Positions 1-20,322 are shown, counted from the first letter of the stretch. The stretch is DNA of 64,000 bases from the human T2T-CHM13v2.0 reference genome, Homo sapiens (GCF_009914755.1 NC_060933.1), one strand, 5' to 3'. Numbers and translations: made by a program. Notes: generated by a model from the sequence alone, not told the origin.

Positions 1-438
1 ATTTTCTGTGCAAGCCCCTCATTGCTTCCCTGTCTCTCCCATCCCCTAACTCCACCACCATGAAGGCCTCCCTGCTCTCACCCACTCCAAGAGCTGGATT
101 TTCCCTGGCACAGAGAGCATAGCACCGACCCAGACAAGCCCTTTGCCACATGCGTCCTGCCAGGCATGATTCTGGCCACAAGGACGCATCAACTGCCACT
201 GGAGCTGTGGGTGTGTTGTCACTGTGAAGCACATTGCAGCAGCAGCTGAGAGGAGAGACCAACCAGCACCCTGGGGAGGGGGCTGCATGCAGAGGTTGGG
301 AAGTCACACTTTGGCTTCAAGCCAAGCAGAAGATCTGGCCCAAGAAAACAGGCTCATACCTCCTGGACAGGGTGGCCAAGAGACAGAGCTTCAGCTCAGG
401 CTGGGACGCCAGTTGGGCAATAAAATTAATGACAATAA

Positions 439-935
<497 letters not shown>

Positions 936-967
936 TGACTTAACCAATGTCTGTGCTAAACTACAGT

Positions 968-968
<1 letters not shown>

Positions 969-1020
<52 letters not shown>
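969..1020 (+). repeat. (AGAT)13 tetranucleotide STR
   Basis: Perfect 52-bp array. Confidence 0.97.
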
Positions 1021-1021
<1 letters not shown>

Positions 1022-2667
1022 CCTATGTCTAACTACCTACCTACCTATTGACCTATCTACCTACCTACCAACCTGCCTATCTCTCTATCTATGTGATATA
1101 TATGAAAAAGACTCTTCAGAGAACTGACTCTGCTGATGCCCAGAATAGGGTGCGGGAGACTCATCAAGCTGATCTCCCATGCTGGGCCCAGCTGGATGTT
1201 CTGACTTTACCCAGAGTATCCAGATTTCAATTAACTATCTCGGAACCACAGTAAAGGAGCGTGTGCGCTATAGTTGATTGCTCAGCCCGAGCACAGGGCT
1301 GGGTAATCTTACTCCCAGAGGGTTCTGAGGTTGGAGCCTGGAATGGACCAGCTCTCTCCCTTGCCATTCAGCCCCACCCCCACCCCTGGAGCCAGGGACT
1401 CAAGCAGCCCAGCTTGACAGTCCTGGGAGGCCTGACCCCCGGCTGGGATCTCGTCATCAGCAATGCACCCAGGCTCTGGGGACAGCATGGTCTAGGGCCT
1501 CTGAATTGGCCATTATCCTAGCGGGAAGAAATGCTTCTCCCTCCAGGCTGAAAGCTGTCTTTGCTCCCAGTGATCACTTGCTCCCCAGCTCTGCACAGAT
1601 TGACCCGCACACCTAGGCAGGCAAACACAGCAGTCCTAAGACCAAGAGCCAGGGTGAGGCCCTGGCAGAACAGCCATTGGAATGGGATGCCGGAGTGTCC
1701 CCAGATGGCGCCCGGGGGTGGGGTGGACCTCTCGCCACAGCAGAGTCTCCAACTGGAGCCTGGGGTTCACCCAAGACAGCCGTGGCCCTCCCTCTCACCA
1801 CTTACCCCGTCCCCAGGCGCCTCTGCCTGAGCTCATCAGGCAATGACCGCAGTGACGTCACCCGGGAGGCCACGGCCAGCTTGAAATCCAGGGAGCTCCA
1901 GGATCCTGCCTGCTCCTCCCTCTCTCTCTAGCATGACTCAGGCAGGGACTGGCCCTGGGCTGCGGAAAGGCTCTCCACTTTTACACAATTGCTTTCCTCA
2001 CTCAAACCACAGGCCCTGTGGGGGCCCCCTCCTCTGTCTCTCAACCCTCTGCGGTTAGGGTTCAGATGCTGGGCAGATGAAGACCCTGTTTGCTGCGAGA
2101 AGCCAAGACCAAGCCTCAGGAAATTGCCACAGTGAAGGGAAGCTTCCTCCGGAGACACCCTCTGCCTTGCACTACTGGGTCCCGTCAGAGCTTCTTCATC
2201 CTCCCTCCTCCCTCCTCCTCTTCCCATCTCCTCCTCCCCTTTCCTCTTCTCTAACCAAGAAAGTGACTTGATAACTAAATTCAACTTGTTAGTGACGGGA
2301 CCTATGATTTTTCCAAAGGGTTGCTATATTTCTGAAAAACAAAGTCTGGTAGTAGAACATGTGTTCATTCATTCATTCATTCACGGAGGCGTGGAAGAGC
2401 AGTTAAAATCACGGTCAGACACCCTGTGGGTGTGTCCCAGCTCCTCTGCCATTCGCCACCTTTGCAACCATGGCCCAGTGACTTCCAGTCACTCCCCCAT
2501 CCCCTCATGTGGGCTATGTTCTGGCTTGTTAAGATGAGGCTTGCTGGGGGCTCCCGGCAGTTAGGACCCGCCCAGGGCAAGGTGATGATTAGGAGAAAGG
2601 CTGAGGCTGGGCGAGGTGGCTCACGCCTGTAATCCCAGCACTTTCGGAGGCCTAGGCGGGAGGATCA

Positions 2668-3028
<361 letters not shown>

Positions 3029-3202
3029 TCACAAGGAAAGAAAGAACATTTTCTAGCAACAGAGAGGCTCTGGGGACATGGGATGCACAGCCTCAGGCCC
3101 ACCTATCACTGAACATGTTCCAGCGTCCTGCAGAGGAGGGAGGCAGGCCTTGGAAAGTTCAGATTCCCCAAAGAGGAATGCATGGAAGCTTCTTTCCCTG
3201 CT

Positions 3203-3842
3203 GTCTACCTTAGTCAGCTCAGGCTGCCATAATAAAATGCCATTGCCAGGTGTGATGACTCACACCTGTAATCTCAGCACTTTGGAAGCCTGAGGCAGAA
3301 GGATCACTTGAACCCAGGAGTTCAGGACCAGCCTGGACAACATAGCAAGACCCCATCTCTAAAAAAAAAAAAAAAATAGCTAAGCGTGGTGGCATGCACC
3401 TGTAGTCCCAGCCACTTGGGATGCTGAAGCAGGAGGATGCCCTGAGCCCAGCCGTTTGAGGCTGCAGGGAGCCATGATGGTACCACTGCACTCCAGCCCA
3501 GGTGACAAAACAAGACCTTGGCTCTAAAATAAATAAATAAATAAATAAAATGCCACAGATTGGGTGCTTAAACAACAGGAATTTATTTCTTATGTTTGTG
3601 GAGACTGGGAAGTCCAAGATCCAGGTGCCTTCTCACTGTGTCCTTACATGGTGAGAGAGAGTAGAAGGAAGTTCCCTGGTGTCTCTTTTTATAAGGGTAC
3701 TGATCCAATCTTGAGGGCCCCACCCTCATGACCTTATCAAACCCTAATCACCTCCGAAAGGCCCCAATCTCCAACGCCATCACATTGGGGATTTGGAGTT
3801 TGACGCACAAATTCTAGGGGGACACAATTCGGTCCTTAGCAA
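3203..3842 (-). mobile_element. MaLR LTR (MLT1A/MST-like) interrupted by an AluJ (about 3243-3552)
   Basis: Typical MaLR phrases (cttagtcagctcaggctgccataa; aatttatttct; gggaagtccaagatc; gggggacacaattc); AATAAAATGCCA on both sides of the Alu as its TSD. Confidence 0.75.
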
Positions 3843-3921
3843 AAGGCCCCAATGGGTGTCTGCCCTGCCTCTCAGAACTGCACCCCACACCAGCAAAAGG
3901 GGGTGGCAACCTCCATGCTAG

Positions 3922-4638
<717 letters not shown>

Positions 4639-5146
4639 TGAGGCGGGCGGATCACCTGAGGTCAGGAATTCGAGACCAGCCTGGACAATATGGCGAAATC
4701 CCATCTCTACTAAAAACACAAAAATTGGCTGAGCGTGGTGGCCCATGCCTGTAATCCCAGCTGCTCAGGAGGCTGAGGAGTGAGAATCTCGAACCCAGGA
4801 GGCAGAAGTTGCAGTGAGCTGAGATTGCACCATTGCACTCCAGCCTGGAGGACACCACCTCTCTCCATAAAATGTGGGCAGTGGCACCTAGCAGAACGTT
4901 CTGAGGATTAAATGAGATTCAGGGTGCACTGCACTTTCCCCAGGCGCCTGGCCTGTGCAAGTTTTCACATGGGCTAGCAATGTTCATTAACCTGGATTCA
5001 ATTCAGTCTGGGTTCTGGCTTCCCAAGACAACGAAATGCAAGGTTTAATCCTTGATTAGATCTTGAATTTAAAAAACAAAACAGGTTGGGCGTGGTGGCT
5101 CACGCCTGTAATCCCAGCACTTTGGGAGGCCTAGGCACGTGGATTA

Positions 5147-5691
<545 letters not shown>

Positions 5692-5947
5692 TCAGCTACT
5701 TGGGAGGCTGAGGTGGGAGGAACGCTTGAGCCTAGGAGGTTGAGGCTGCAGTGTACAAAGATTCCGCCACTGTACCCCAGCCTAGACAACAGAGCAGGAC
5801 GCTGTCTCAGAAAGAGAGATCATATTGGGATGATGAAAATATTTTAAAACTGACTTATGTTGGTGGTTACACCATAGTAGGTTGGTAAATTGACTATGAT
5901 GATGTGGTAAAATCCCTAAATTGCACACTTAAAAGGGTAAATTATGA

Positions 5948-6384
<437 letters not shown>

Positions 6385-6488
6385 TAGAGCAGTGGCATGA
6401 TCTCAGCTCACTGCAGCCTTGGTCTCCCAGGCTCAAGTAATCCTCCCATCTCAGCCTCCTGAGTAGCCTGGGACTACATCCTGAGTAG

Positions 6489-6656
<168 letters not shown>

Positions 6657-7359
6657 TGATTTTTTTGTTGTTGTTCATTCCAAACAATTTTAAGTTTATC
6701 CCTGTGCTGGCCCTGGGATATGAGCGAGATAACCACCACCCCTTCCCAGAGGAATGCACAGCCCAGTCTAGGCAGAGCAAATACATGGTGAGGATTCTAG
6801 GGCCAAGAAGAGGGCAGGGATAAGATCACATGAGCTTAAGTTATGGGGCCCTGCGTGCCTGCTGGAGATAGGATAGTGTTCTCACTCTGTTGCCCAGGGT
6901 GGGTGCAGTAGTGCGGTCACAGCTCACTGCACCCTTGAACTCCTGGGCTCAAAGGATCCTCCCACCTTAGCCTCCCAAATAGCTGGGACTACAGGCTAGG
7001 TAATGTTATTATCATCCCTACTTTACAGATCAGAAAACCGAAGCCTAGAAAGGCTAAGACCATCACCCAGGGTCACAGAGCTGATCAGGAGCAGAGCCAG
7101 AAGATGGACTCAGGGCCTTTATGCCAAAGCCCAGGCATTCAGACTAACACGAATCATTCCAGCCTCCAGAAGGTGCACACGCCTCTGGTTGGTTCAATGA
7201 ACAGGGGTGGAATGATATCAATCAGACAAAGGGAAAGGGTCTGGGCATGGCGGTTCACATCTGTAATCCCAGCACTTCGGGAGGCCGAGGTGGGTGGATC
7301 ACCTGACCTCAGAAGTTTGAGACCAGCCTGGTCAACATGGTGAAACCCCGTCTCTACTA

Positions 7360-7605
<246 letters not shown>

Positions 7606-7647
7606 TTAACAACTGCATCTCGGGTAACTTAGGAGACTAGAAAATAG

Positions 7648-8018
<371 letters not shown>

Positions 8019-8710
8019 TTAACTAGGGGTTCTTTTGTTACCTGACTCCTGTTTTTCTTTTTCATTTTCTTTTTTTCAAGACAGTTTCACTCTGTTGTCC
8101 AGGCTGGAGTGGCACGATTGTGGATCACTGCAGCCTCAAACTCCTGGGTTCAAATGAATCTTCTGCCTCAGCCTCCAGAGTAGCTGGGACTACAGGCACC
8201 ATGCCACCAGGCCCAGGTAATATTTTATTTTTTGTAGAGACAGGGGTCTTGCTATGTTGCCCAGGCTGGTCTCGAACTCCTGGACTCAAGCAATATGCCC
8301 TCCTCAGCCCCACAAAGTGCTGGGATTACCGGCGTGAGCCACCGCACCCAGCTGTGACTGCTGTTTTTCTACCTTTACCTGTCTCTCATGTTCTCAAGTA
8401 AATTATCATCCTCTGTTTCTTGCAAAAACTGATTCTTCCTTGTGTCAAGTTGCTAGAAGGATCCCACAGCCCTCCCTCGGGTCTCCCCATTTCTAACCCG
8501 TAGTACTGGCCCCATCTAGTGGTTAGATTAGGGAAGTACCCCAGGCTCCCTCGGCCAAGCCCCTGGCGAGGCACGGTTGGGGAGAAATGGATGCTTTCTA
8601 GCCCTTCTCTCACCGGCAAAAATAGCAACACTCTTCAGGTTACCAAAGGCCAGATTCTCCTGATGTGTGTAAGCTATCCCTCTAGAGACCATCTTAACTT
8701 TTTCATTTAA

Positions 8711-9125
<415 letters not shown>

Positions 9126-9311
9126 TAATAAAACTAAAACTTCAAGCCCCATCACTTTGGGATTCCTCTCCAAAAGTTATCTCCATGTCTAAGTTGAAGT
9201 ATATCAATTCCTTTTTTTAAAAAATTTTGTCACTCTCAGGATATGCTTAAATATCAGTTCCTTTTTGTGTTTAGTTTTTACTTCAGCTACACATGTATTA
9301 TGTGTCCATAA

Positions 9312-10031
<720 letters not shown>

Positions 10032-10637
10032 TCAACTCTGACTCCTGAGATTTACTGATATGGACACACAATAGTTCAAGTGTATCCATTTTTAACTGCT
10101 ATATAATATTTCATTGTAGAACTGAACAATGGTTCATCCATTCTCTTAGTGATGGAAAATTAGGTGTGATTCCAATGTCTAATGTCATAAATCATGTTGC
10201 CATGAGCATCCTTGAATGTGTCTCCACATGCAAATGTGTGGGTTCCTACAGGGCAGGGCTCTGCACCCTCCTTGCCATGAAGGTCACAGATGAGCAGCAG
10301 GAAGGTCTGCAGTAGCCAGAGCTGTGGCCCAGGTAGCTCCTCTGCCAGCTCCTCCCCTAGCCTCACTGGCTGTACAAATACCTACACTGTCCACATGAGC
10401 CATAATGTGATAAAGACTCAAAGAGTGGAATTTCTGGGTTGCAGGGTACACACATCTTCAGCTTCACTGGACATTGCCAAACTGGCCTTGTCTTCCTCCT
10501 TTGCTCTTTAACTGACTTCAGAGACTCTTGTTGTCCCCAAGAAATCTGGGAGCTGCCATTTCCTGGGTATGTAGCTTAGGACTGAAGATCATCCAACCAT
10601 CTATTCATTTCACAAATATTTGTTGACATCTGCTGTG

Positions 10638-10766
10638 CCATGAGTAATAAAGTTGTTTGTCTCTGACCCAGGAGACTCATGTCTTTGCCAGCCACCATGT
10701 AACTGGCAGGCTAACTTGTGGGCTTGCAAGCAGGGCAAAATATCAGACCCTTCCCAGTTCTTGACA
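10638..10766 (+). mobile_element. 3' fragment of an old ERV LTR, family not assigned
   Basis: AATAAA followed by U5-like sequence ending ...CAGTTCTTGACA; resembles LTR ends I recall. Confidence 0.4.
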
Positions 10767-11089
10767 AGATGCTCTCCTTTTCCCGCCATGTGTGAAGCAC
10801 TGGTCCAAGCCCTGGAGGGTGCAAAAGAGCCAAATCCCTATCTCTACAAAAAAAAAAAAATTAATTAGCTGGGTGTGGTGATATGTGCCTAGTTCTAGCT
10901 ACTCTTGAGGCTAAGGAGGGAGGACTGCTTGAGCCCAGGAGATTGAGGCTGCAGTGAGCCATGATCATACCACTGTACTCCAGCCTGGGCAAGAGAGTGA
11001 GACCTGTTTCTTAAAAAAAAAAAAAAAAAGTCCCTATGGATACAACCCATTAACCTCCTTCTGCAACCTCGGATTGGTACCTTGGTGGT

Positions 11090-11550
11090 TGTCGGGCCTC
11101 TGAGCCCAAGCTAACCCATCATATCCCCTGTGACCGGCACGTATACATCCAGATGGCCTGAAGCAACTGAAGATCCACAAAAGACGACATTCCACCATTG
11201 TGATCTGTTCCTGCCCCACCCTCAACTGATCAACTGACCTTATGACAATACACGCTCCCCGCCCTTGTGATAATGCACTTTGTGATATTCCCCCGCCCGC
11301 CGCCCTTAAGAAGGTACTTTGTAATATTCTCCCCGCCCTTGAGAATGTACTTCCTAAGATCCACCCCCTGCCCACAAAAAAATTGCTCCTAACTCCACTG
11401 CCTATCCCAAACCCATAAGAACTAATGATAACCCCACCACCCTTTGCTGACTCTCTTTTCGGACTAGCCCGCCTGCACCCAGTTGAAATAAACAGCCTTG
11501 TTGCTCACACAAAGCCTGTTAGTGGACTCTTCACACAGAAGCGCGTGACA
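11090..11550 (+). mobile_element. HERV-H solo LTR (LTR7 family, probably LTR7B/type II)
   Basis: Begins TGTCGGGCCTCTGAGCCCAAGCTAA and ends GCGCGTGACA; perfect 5-bp TSD GTGGT (11085-11089 and 11551-11555); AATAAA 11487-11492; three internal copies of a ~30-bp CCCGCCCTT..TACTTTGT unit. Confidence 0.92.
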
Positions 11551-12234
11551 GTGGTGTGTGATCCCTTTGGACAGCAGCTTTCCTTTCCCCACTATGTTTT
11601 GCTTTCTAAGTGGGTTGACAGCCTTTGAGTCCACAACCACCGGGAGGTCAACGGGCGTGAGCAAGTCTCAGGGTAAGAAGAAGCCAGCTCAGGGATAACC
11701 ATATCCTGCAGAGAACTCACAGGTGAACAACTGAGCCTTGATTGAAAATAAATGACGGCCAAGGTCACACAGTCTATAGCGGCGTGGCTGAGCTTCAGAC
11801 CGGTTATTCCCACGCCCAGTGCTTGGCCATCCCGTTTGTGATCGGTTTGGGGCTGGAGGTGGCACTTGGTTAGGGAACAATAGTGGGAGACCAGAGTACT
11901 GTGTATTCACAAACCCAAAGAACAGGAAGCTTTTCAACAGCAGCAGTAGCAATGTCCTTGGGGTGTATTTCAACAATACTGCACTTATAAAGAATTCTCC
12001 ATGGGACAGCAGGAGTATCTCAGGTAAGGTTGGGAGAGCTTGGAGGAACGAAGCCTGGAGGGATTATGAAAGCAAAATGGACAATATGTGCCTGTATTTC
12101 CCCCAGCACAGCACTGATCCCACTGGACTGTAATTGCTGGGGACTTGCCCCTCTGCCCCCACCTCCCGACCAGGTGGGAGTCCTGGTGGGTGGTGCCAAG
12201 TCTTTCTTATTGACTGTTGAGTCCCAACACCTGA

Positions 12235-12654
<420 letters not shown>

Positions 12655-13004
12655 TGAGCCACCGCGCCTGGCCGCTAGCCATCCCCTTATTATCTCAGAT
12701 TCCTGCACGTCCGTCTCACCGTACTTGCATCCCACACCATGGTCACTTGTTTACTGGTCTGTCCTGAAAGCTCTCTGCTGAGAGGCCTCCACACTCATCA
12801 TCTTAAGTGACCCTCAGGCAACCCTATAAGGTAAGGACAACCATGCCACCAACGAGGAAACTGAGACCTAGAGGGGTTGGGCAACCAGCCCAGGGTCATG
12901 TTCATGATCATGGCAGAGGTGGAATTGGAACCCAGGCATTGTGCTCCTCCCTGTTGGACTGTTGGGGGAAAGAGTCAGGACACTGGGGTGGAGCCCCCAC
13001 ATGA

Positions 13005-13229
<225 letters not shown>

Positions 13230-13736
13230 TAGTAGAGATGGGGTTTCACCATGTTGGTCAGGCTGGTCTCAAACACCTGACCGCGTGATCCCCCGCCTCG
13301 GCCTCCCAACAGCACTTTCTAGATGTTTAGGAACTCCCTTGGGCAAGTGACTTCATTTCTCTGCAAGTCACCTTCTTTGCCTGCAAAATGCAGATTTCCA
13401 ATCCGCTACCTCACAGGGTTGCTCTGGATTTAAATGAGATAATGACTGTAACGCTCCCAGAGCCTGGCACTGAGCAAGCATTTCATAAATAAAACACTAT
13501 CTATCTAATAATAATATTTGTAACCATCTATAACAAATATACTAATCTATAGTGACAGAACGAGATCGGTGGTTGACAGGGAGAGAACGTGAGGGGAGAG
13601 ACAAGAGAAAGGGATGACAAGGTGGCACAAGGAATCTTCTGGGCATGGTGGGTATGTTCACGACCTTGTTTGTGGCGATGGTTGCATGGGTGCGTACAAA
13701 TGTCAAAACTTAGCAAATTGCACTTTTTTTTTTTGA

Positions 13737-13928
<192 letters not shown>

Positions 13929-15434
13929 TAAATATGTGCAGTTTGTTCTGTGTCAATGATACCTCAATAAAGCAGTGTGAAAGCACATGCGATATTCTAT
14001 GATCTTAAGATTTCATAGGAATAGGGCTGGGCTCAGTGGTTCATGCCTGTAATCCCAGCACTTTGAGAGGCCAAGGCAGGGGGATTGCCTGAGCTCAGGA
14101 GTTCGAGACCATCATCCTGGGCAACATGGCAAAACCCTGTCTCTACTACAAATACAAAAATTAGCCAGGCATGATGGCACATGCCTATAATCCCTGCTAC
14201 TCCGGAGGCTGAGGTGGGAGGATTGCCTGAGCCTGGGATCTTGAGCCATCACTGCACTCCAGCCTGGGTGATAGAGTGAGATCCTGTATTTAAAAAAAAA
14301 AGATTTCATAGAAATAGGCCACACATGGTGGCATGCACGTGTAATCCCAGCTACTCTGGAGGCTGAGGCAGGAGGATTGTGTGAAGCCAGGAGTTCAAGG
14401 CTGCAGTGAGCTATGATCACACCTGTGAATAGCCACTGCACTCCAATCTGGGCAACATGGTGAGACCCTGTCTCAAAAAACAAAACGACGAAACAAAAAG
14501 GTTTCATAGAAATAAACTGTGTAATATTGATACACAAAATACCAAACAAGAAAAGGAGAATGCCAAATATCATGTACCCCTTGGAAGGCCCCCTGAAAGA
14601 TAGAGGCACTAACATTTGGATGAGAACAGAATTTAATGTAAACTTTTGACTTTTTTTTTTGAGACAGGGTCTGGCTCTGCCTTCAGGCTGGAGTGCAGTG
14701 GCGTGATCACGGCTCACTGCAGCCTTGACCTCCAGGCTGAAGCAATCCTCCCACCTCAGCCTCCCGGGTAGTTGGGACTACAGGAACTCGCCACCACATC
14801 CGGCTAAATTTTGTAGTTTATAGTAGAGACGGGGTTTCGCCATGTTGCCCAGGCTGGTCTCAAACTCCTGGACTCGAGCAATCCACCCACCCTGGCCCCC
14901 CAACGTATTGGGATTACAGGTGTGAGCCACAGCGCCCAGTGGAACTGTTGACATGTTAAATAATCTAGACTTTTGAACTTTTTCTGTTAAGTTGTTGTTG
15001 TTTTTAGCCCATCTGGAGGTTGCAGATAAGCCCAGCTGCAGGTCCTCAAACCTGCAGCTCACCAGCACCCTCTAGTGCCTTCTTGGTGTGAGCACATGAA
15101 GTCTCCCAGCTGTGGGCAGTTTCCCGTCTATCAGCACAAGGACACCTCTCTTTAAAATCCTCAAGTCTGACGCTGGGTGGGAAATGGGTGTGGATCCGGG
15201 GCGCTGTCTCTGGTCCTGAAAGTCACAGTCAGCTGCGAAACCTAAGTCCAGAGCCCTCTCTGCAGCTGAATCACCCTTCCACACCTTTCCCAGGCCTTCT
15301 TTCCATTTATGATGGCCTCGACGAGTAAGCTGGTAGTTTTGAATGTTTTGGATTGACAATTTAAATGTCATAGGCAATGCTTCTGGACAGCAATGATAGA
15401 AAGAGTAAGGAGAGTGGCCAGGCGCAGTGGTTCA

Positions 15435-15695
<261 letters not shown>

Positions 15696-15775
15696 CTAAA
15701 GAAAAAAAAAAGAGAAAAAAGAAAGAAAGAAAGAAAGAGTAAGGAGAATGGGAACGAGTGTGAGATGAGTAATAT

Positions 15776-16467
<692 letters not shown>

Positions 16468-17964
16468 TTTTTGGTTGTTGTTGTTTTGTTTTGTTTTTTT
16501 TTTTAAGATGGAGCCTCCCTCTGTTGCCCAGACTGGAGTGCAGTGGTGCGATCTCGGGTCACTGCAACCTCCACCTCCTGGGGTTCACGCCATTCTCCTG
16601 CCTCAGCCTCTTGAGTAGCTGGGACTACAGTCACCTGCCACCACACCTGGCTAATTTTTGTATTTTCAGTAGAGATGGGGTTTCATCATGTTGGCCAGGC
16701 TGGTCCTGAACTCCTGACCTCAGGTGATCTGCCTGCCTCGGCCTCCCAAAGTGCTGGGATTATAGGCATCAGCCACCGTGCCTGGCCAATACCCACACTT
16801 TTAAGGGAACAAAATGTTATCCAAGTATTTACAGTAGCACTAACTGGGGGTGGGGAGACCCAGGCACAACGACCCCCAGCCCATGGCTCATTGATCCAAG
16901 GTCAACCAGCCCAGGTTGGGCCAATCAGGTCCTCTCTCTGCAAACTCAAAGTTGGACCCAAGCATGCAGGTATGGGAAGTGGCCAAGCCTGATCCACCTG
17001 TGGGCAATGTCCCAGCAAAAGGTCCCCCAACTCCTGCCCCTGAGTCCTAGACAACACCCCGGGGACCCTGCTCTTCCTGAGATGTGGTCAGTCATTTCTC
17101 ACATTTTTGTGAGTCACCCTGACCTCCTCTAACAAACCCTAAAAAAGCCCAAATCACGGTCAGCGTCTGTTGTTTGGAAACAAAGAACTTCAACTGATGG
17201 AGCAATTGGCTACTTAAGAGAGTGGGAGATGGGCAGCAGGTGCTTAGCGAATTGTGGGGACTGGGAAGCGATTACTGAGCCCACATGGGGAAAAATGCAG
17301 AGAGGCACCCCCCTTCCCACCATCCATCTTCCAGGAGAGGGGAGTACCAGTGCCCACAGTGACAAAGCAGCTAAGCCAATTTCACCTGGACCTCCCTGAG
17401 GACCACCTACCTCCAAGAGGTCAGCTCCAGCACCCTGGGAAGTCACTGCCTCAGGCCAATCAATGGAGGGGTGACAGAGGCCAAGATCCCACCACCACCA
17501 GCACCAGGGCAGAGCAGTGGCTCTTCATGAAAGTGGGACCCTGAAATCTATTGAAAGATACCTTTGCTGGGCATGGTGGCTCACGGCTGTAATCCCAACG
17601 CTTAGAGGCCGAGGCGGGAGGATTGCTTGAGCCCAGGAGTTTGAGACCAGCCTGGGCAACACAATGAGAACCCATCTCTACAAAAAATAAAAAATTAGCT
17701 GGGCACAGTGGCACACGCCTGTAGTCCAAGCTACTCAGGAGGCTGAGGTGGGAGGATCACTTTTGCCTCAGAGGTTGAAGCTGCAGTGAGCGGTGATCAC
17801 ACCACTGCACTCTAGCCTGGGTGACAGGGTGAGACCCTATCTCTAAACAAACAAACAAACAAACATATCAGTGCTATTTTGGCAAGCTGTAATCAATGGA
17901 ATGCTGACTCAATTCGGAATTTTAACATTCAGAGGCTCATGGTCATAGGAACTTAAAAAAATTT

Positions 17965-18275
17965 TTTTTGAATTTTAATTGTGCTAAAAAACACATCATA
18001 TAAAGTTTACCATCTTCACCATTTTTCAGGGTACAACTCAGTGGCATTAAGCATATGCACCTGTTGGACATCCAATCATCTCCAGAACTTTTCCTCTTCC
18101 CAAACTGAAGCTCTTGTCTCCATTAAACACTAACTCCACAGCCCCCCTTCCCCAGCCTCTGGAAACCACCTTTCTACTTTCTGTCTGTATGATTTTGACT
18201 TCTCTAAGGACCTCATAGAAGTGGAATCTTACAGTGTTTGTCTTCTTGTGACTGGCTGATTCTACCTAGTATGAT
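17965..18275 (-). mobile_element. Old L1 (L1MB-like) 3' end fragment
   Basis: tttaccatcttcaccattttt...cagtggcattaag...cccaaactgaa...gtggaatc, typical of L1M 3' UTRs. Confidence 0.65.
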
Positions 18276-18438
18276 GATCATAGAAACTTTTGATACACTT
18301 TAAAATTTCACTATATAGGCCGGGCGCGGTGGCTGACGCCTGTAATCCCAGCACTTTGGGAGGCCGAGGCAGGCGGACCACCTGAGGTCTGGAGTTCGAG
18401 ACTAGCCTGACCAACATGGAGAAACCCCATCTCTACTA

Positions 18439-19011
<573 letters not shown>

Positions 19012-20322
19012 CTAGAGGCAGAGATGTCCAAGGCACGACTCCTGACATGTAACGGGGCTAGAGTTGCCGCCCGAGAAAAGGTCCCCCAAGCCCATCAGAT
19101 TGAGCCTGCTTGGAGGCAGCCTCCCTAACCTCTGCAGAATAGCCCCCCTGGGGGTGCTAGCTTTTGAGTTTTTGAAGCAAAGTACCTAGAAGGACTTAGC
19201 TGAGATCACAAAAGAAATTGAGTTCACTGCCATAGGGCCCCCAGCACTTGCTTATGATGACATAGGAGCCGCACTAAACCCGCTGCACTGGAAGGGATGA
19301 GAAGCCTGAGGCTCAGAGAAGGTGGGTGACTTGCCCTGGGTCACACAGGAAACATGACAGCCAGAATGTAAACTCAGGCGGGTCTGCTTCCGGAGGCAGC
19401 ATTTTGGAAAATTCTTTGTCCGACAGAAAGGGAGTGTGTTTTTCACAAATATTTGACATACGCCTTGGACATAGTACCGCACTAAGCACTACAGGTGAAC
19501 AGAACAAATCCTGCCTTCGAGGTTACCGTACATTCGAGCAAACAGGGAAACGAGTCCCATTAGAGTATGAGAAACAGGACAGGCAGGGATGGGATGGGGA
19601 GGAGCAGGAGGACACCTGGGGAAGGTGGCAGGTCAGGGGAAGAGGCTGGGCCTGGAGCAGTCACCTGGCCTGGGGCTTGTCTTAGCTTCTCCCAGTAGTT
19701 CCCTCACCTGCAAATGAAACATTTGTTTCACAAGGTGTCATGAAGACACCTGGCTCAATCTTAGATGCTCAATTAAGGTAAACTCCTTTCATTTCCAAGG
19801 GGAAGGAGAGGAGCAGGGAAGAGGTTTCCTGAGACCTGTGGTGGATTAGAGATGCCCAGAGGGTCCCCAAAGGGGATGTCCTGGCCCTTGTGTGGTCAGT
19901 CCTTCATGGTGGGGACAGGCCCTTACTCTGCAGGGCCTTAGGCATCCCTGGCCCGCAGATCAGTCTGTCCTCTTGGAGAGTGTTCTATCCTTGAACACCA
20001 AGCACATATTTATGGAGCACCTACTGTGTCCTGGTCAGAGTTCTGGGAATTAGAGACACAGAGGACAAAAGACAAGGTCCCTGCCCTCCTGAAGCTCTCG
20101 TGGCAGTGGGAGAGGAGGGCAATAAACAAGGACTCAGATGGGGTGATAGGAGAGAGAGCAGGTGCCTGGGGGGTAGGAGTAAGTCTACTGTCGACGGGGG
20201 AGGTGGGCTTGGAGCTGAGGGTTAGAAGCTGTTAGCTGTGTGGGGCTTGGAGGCAAGAGTCCAGGCTGAGAACACGTTATATGTGAAAACTCCGAGGCAG
20301 GAGAGAGAAGGGGCGGGGGGCC

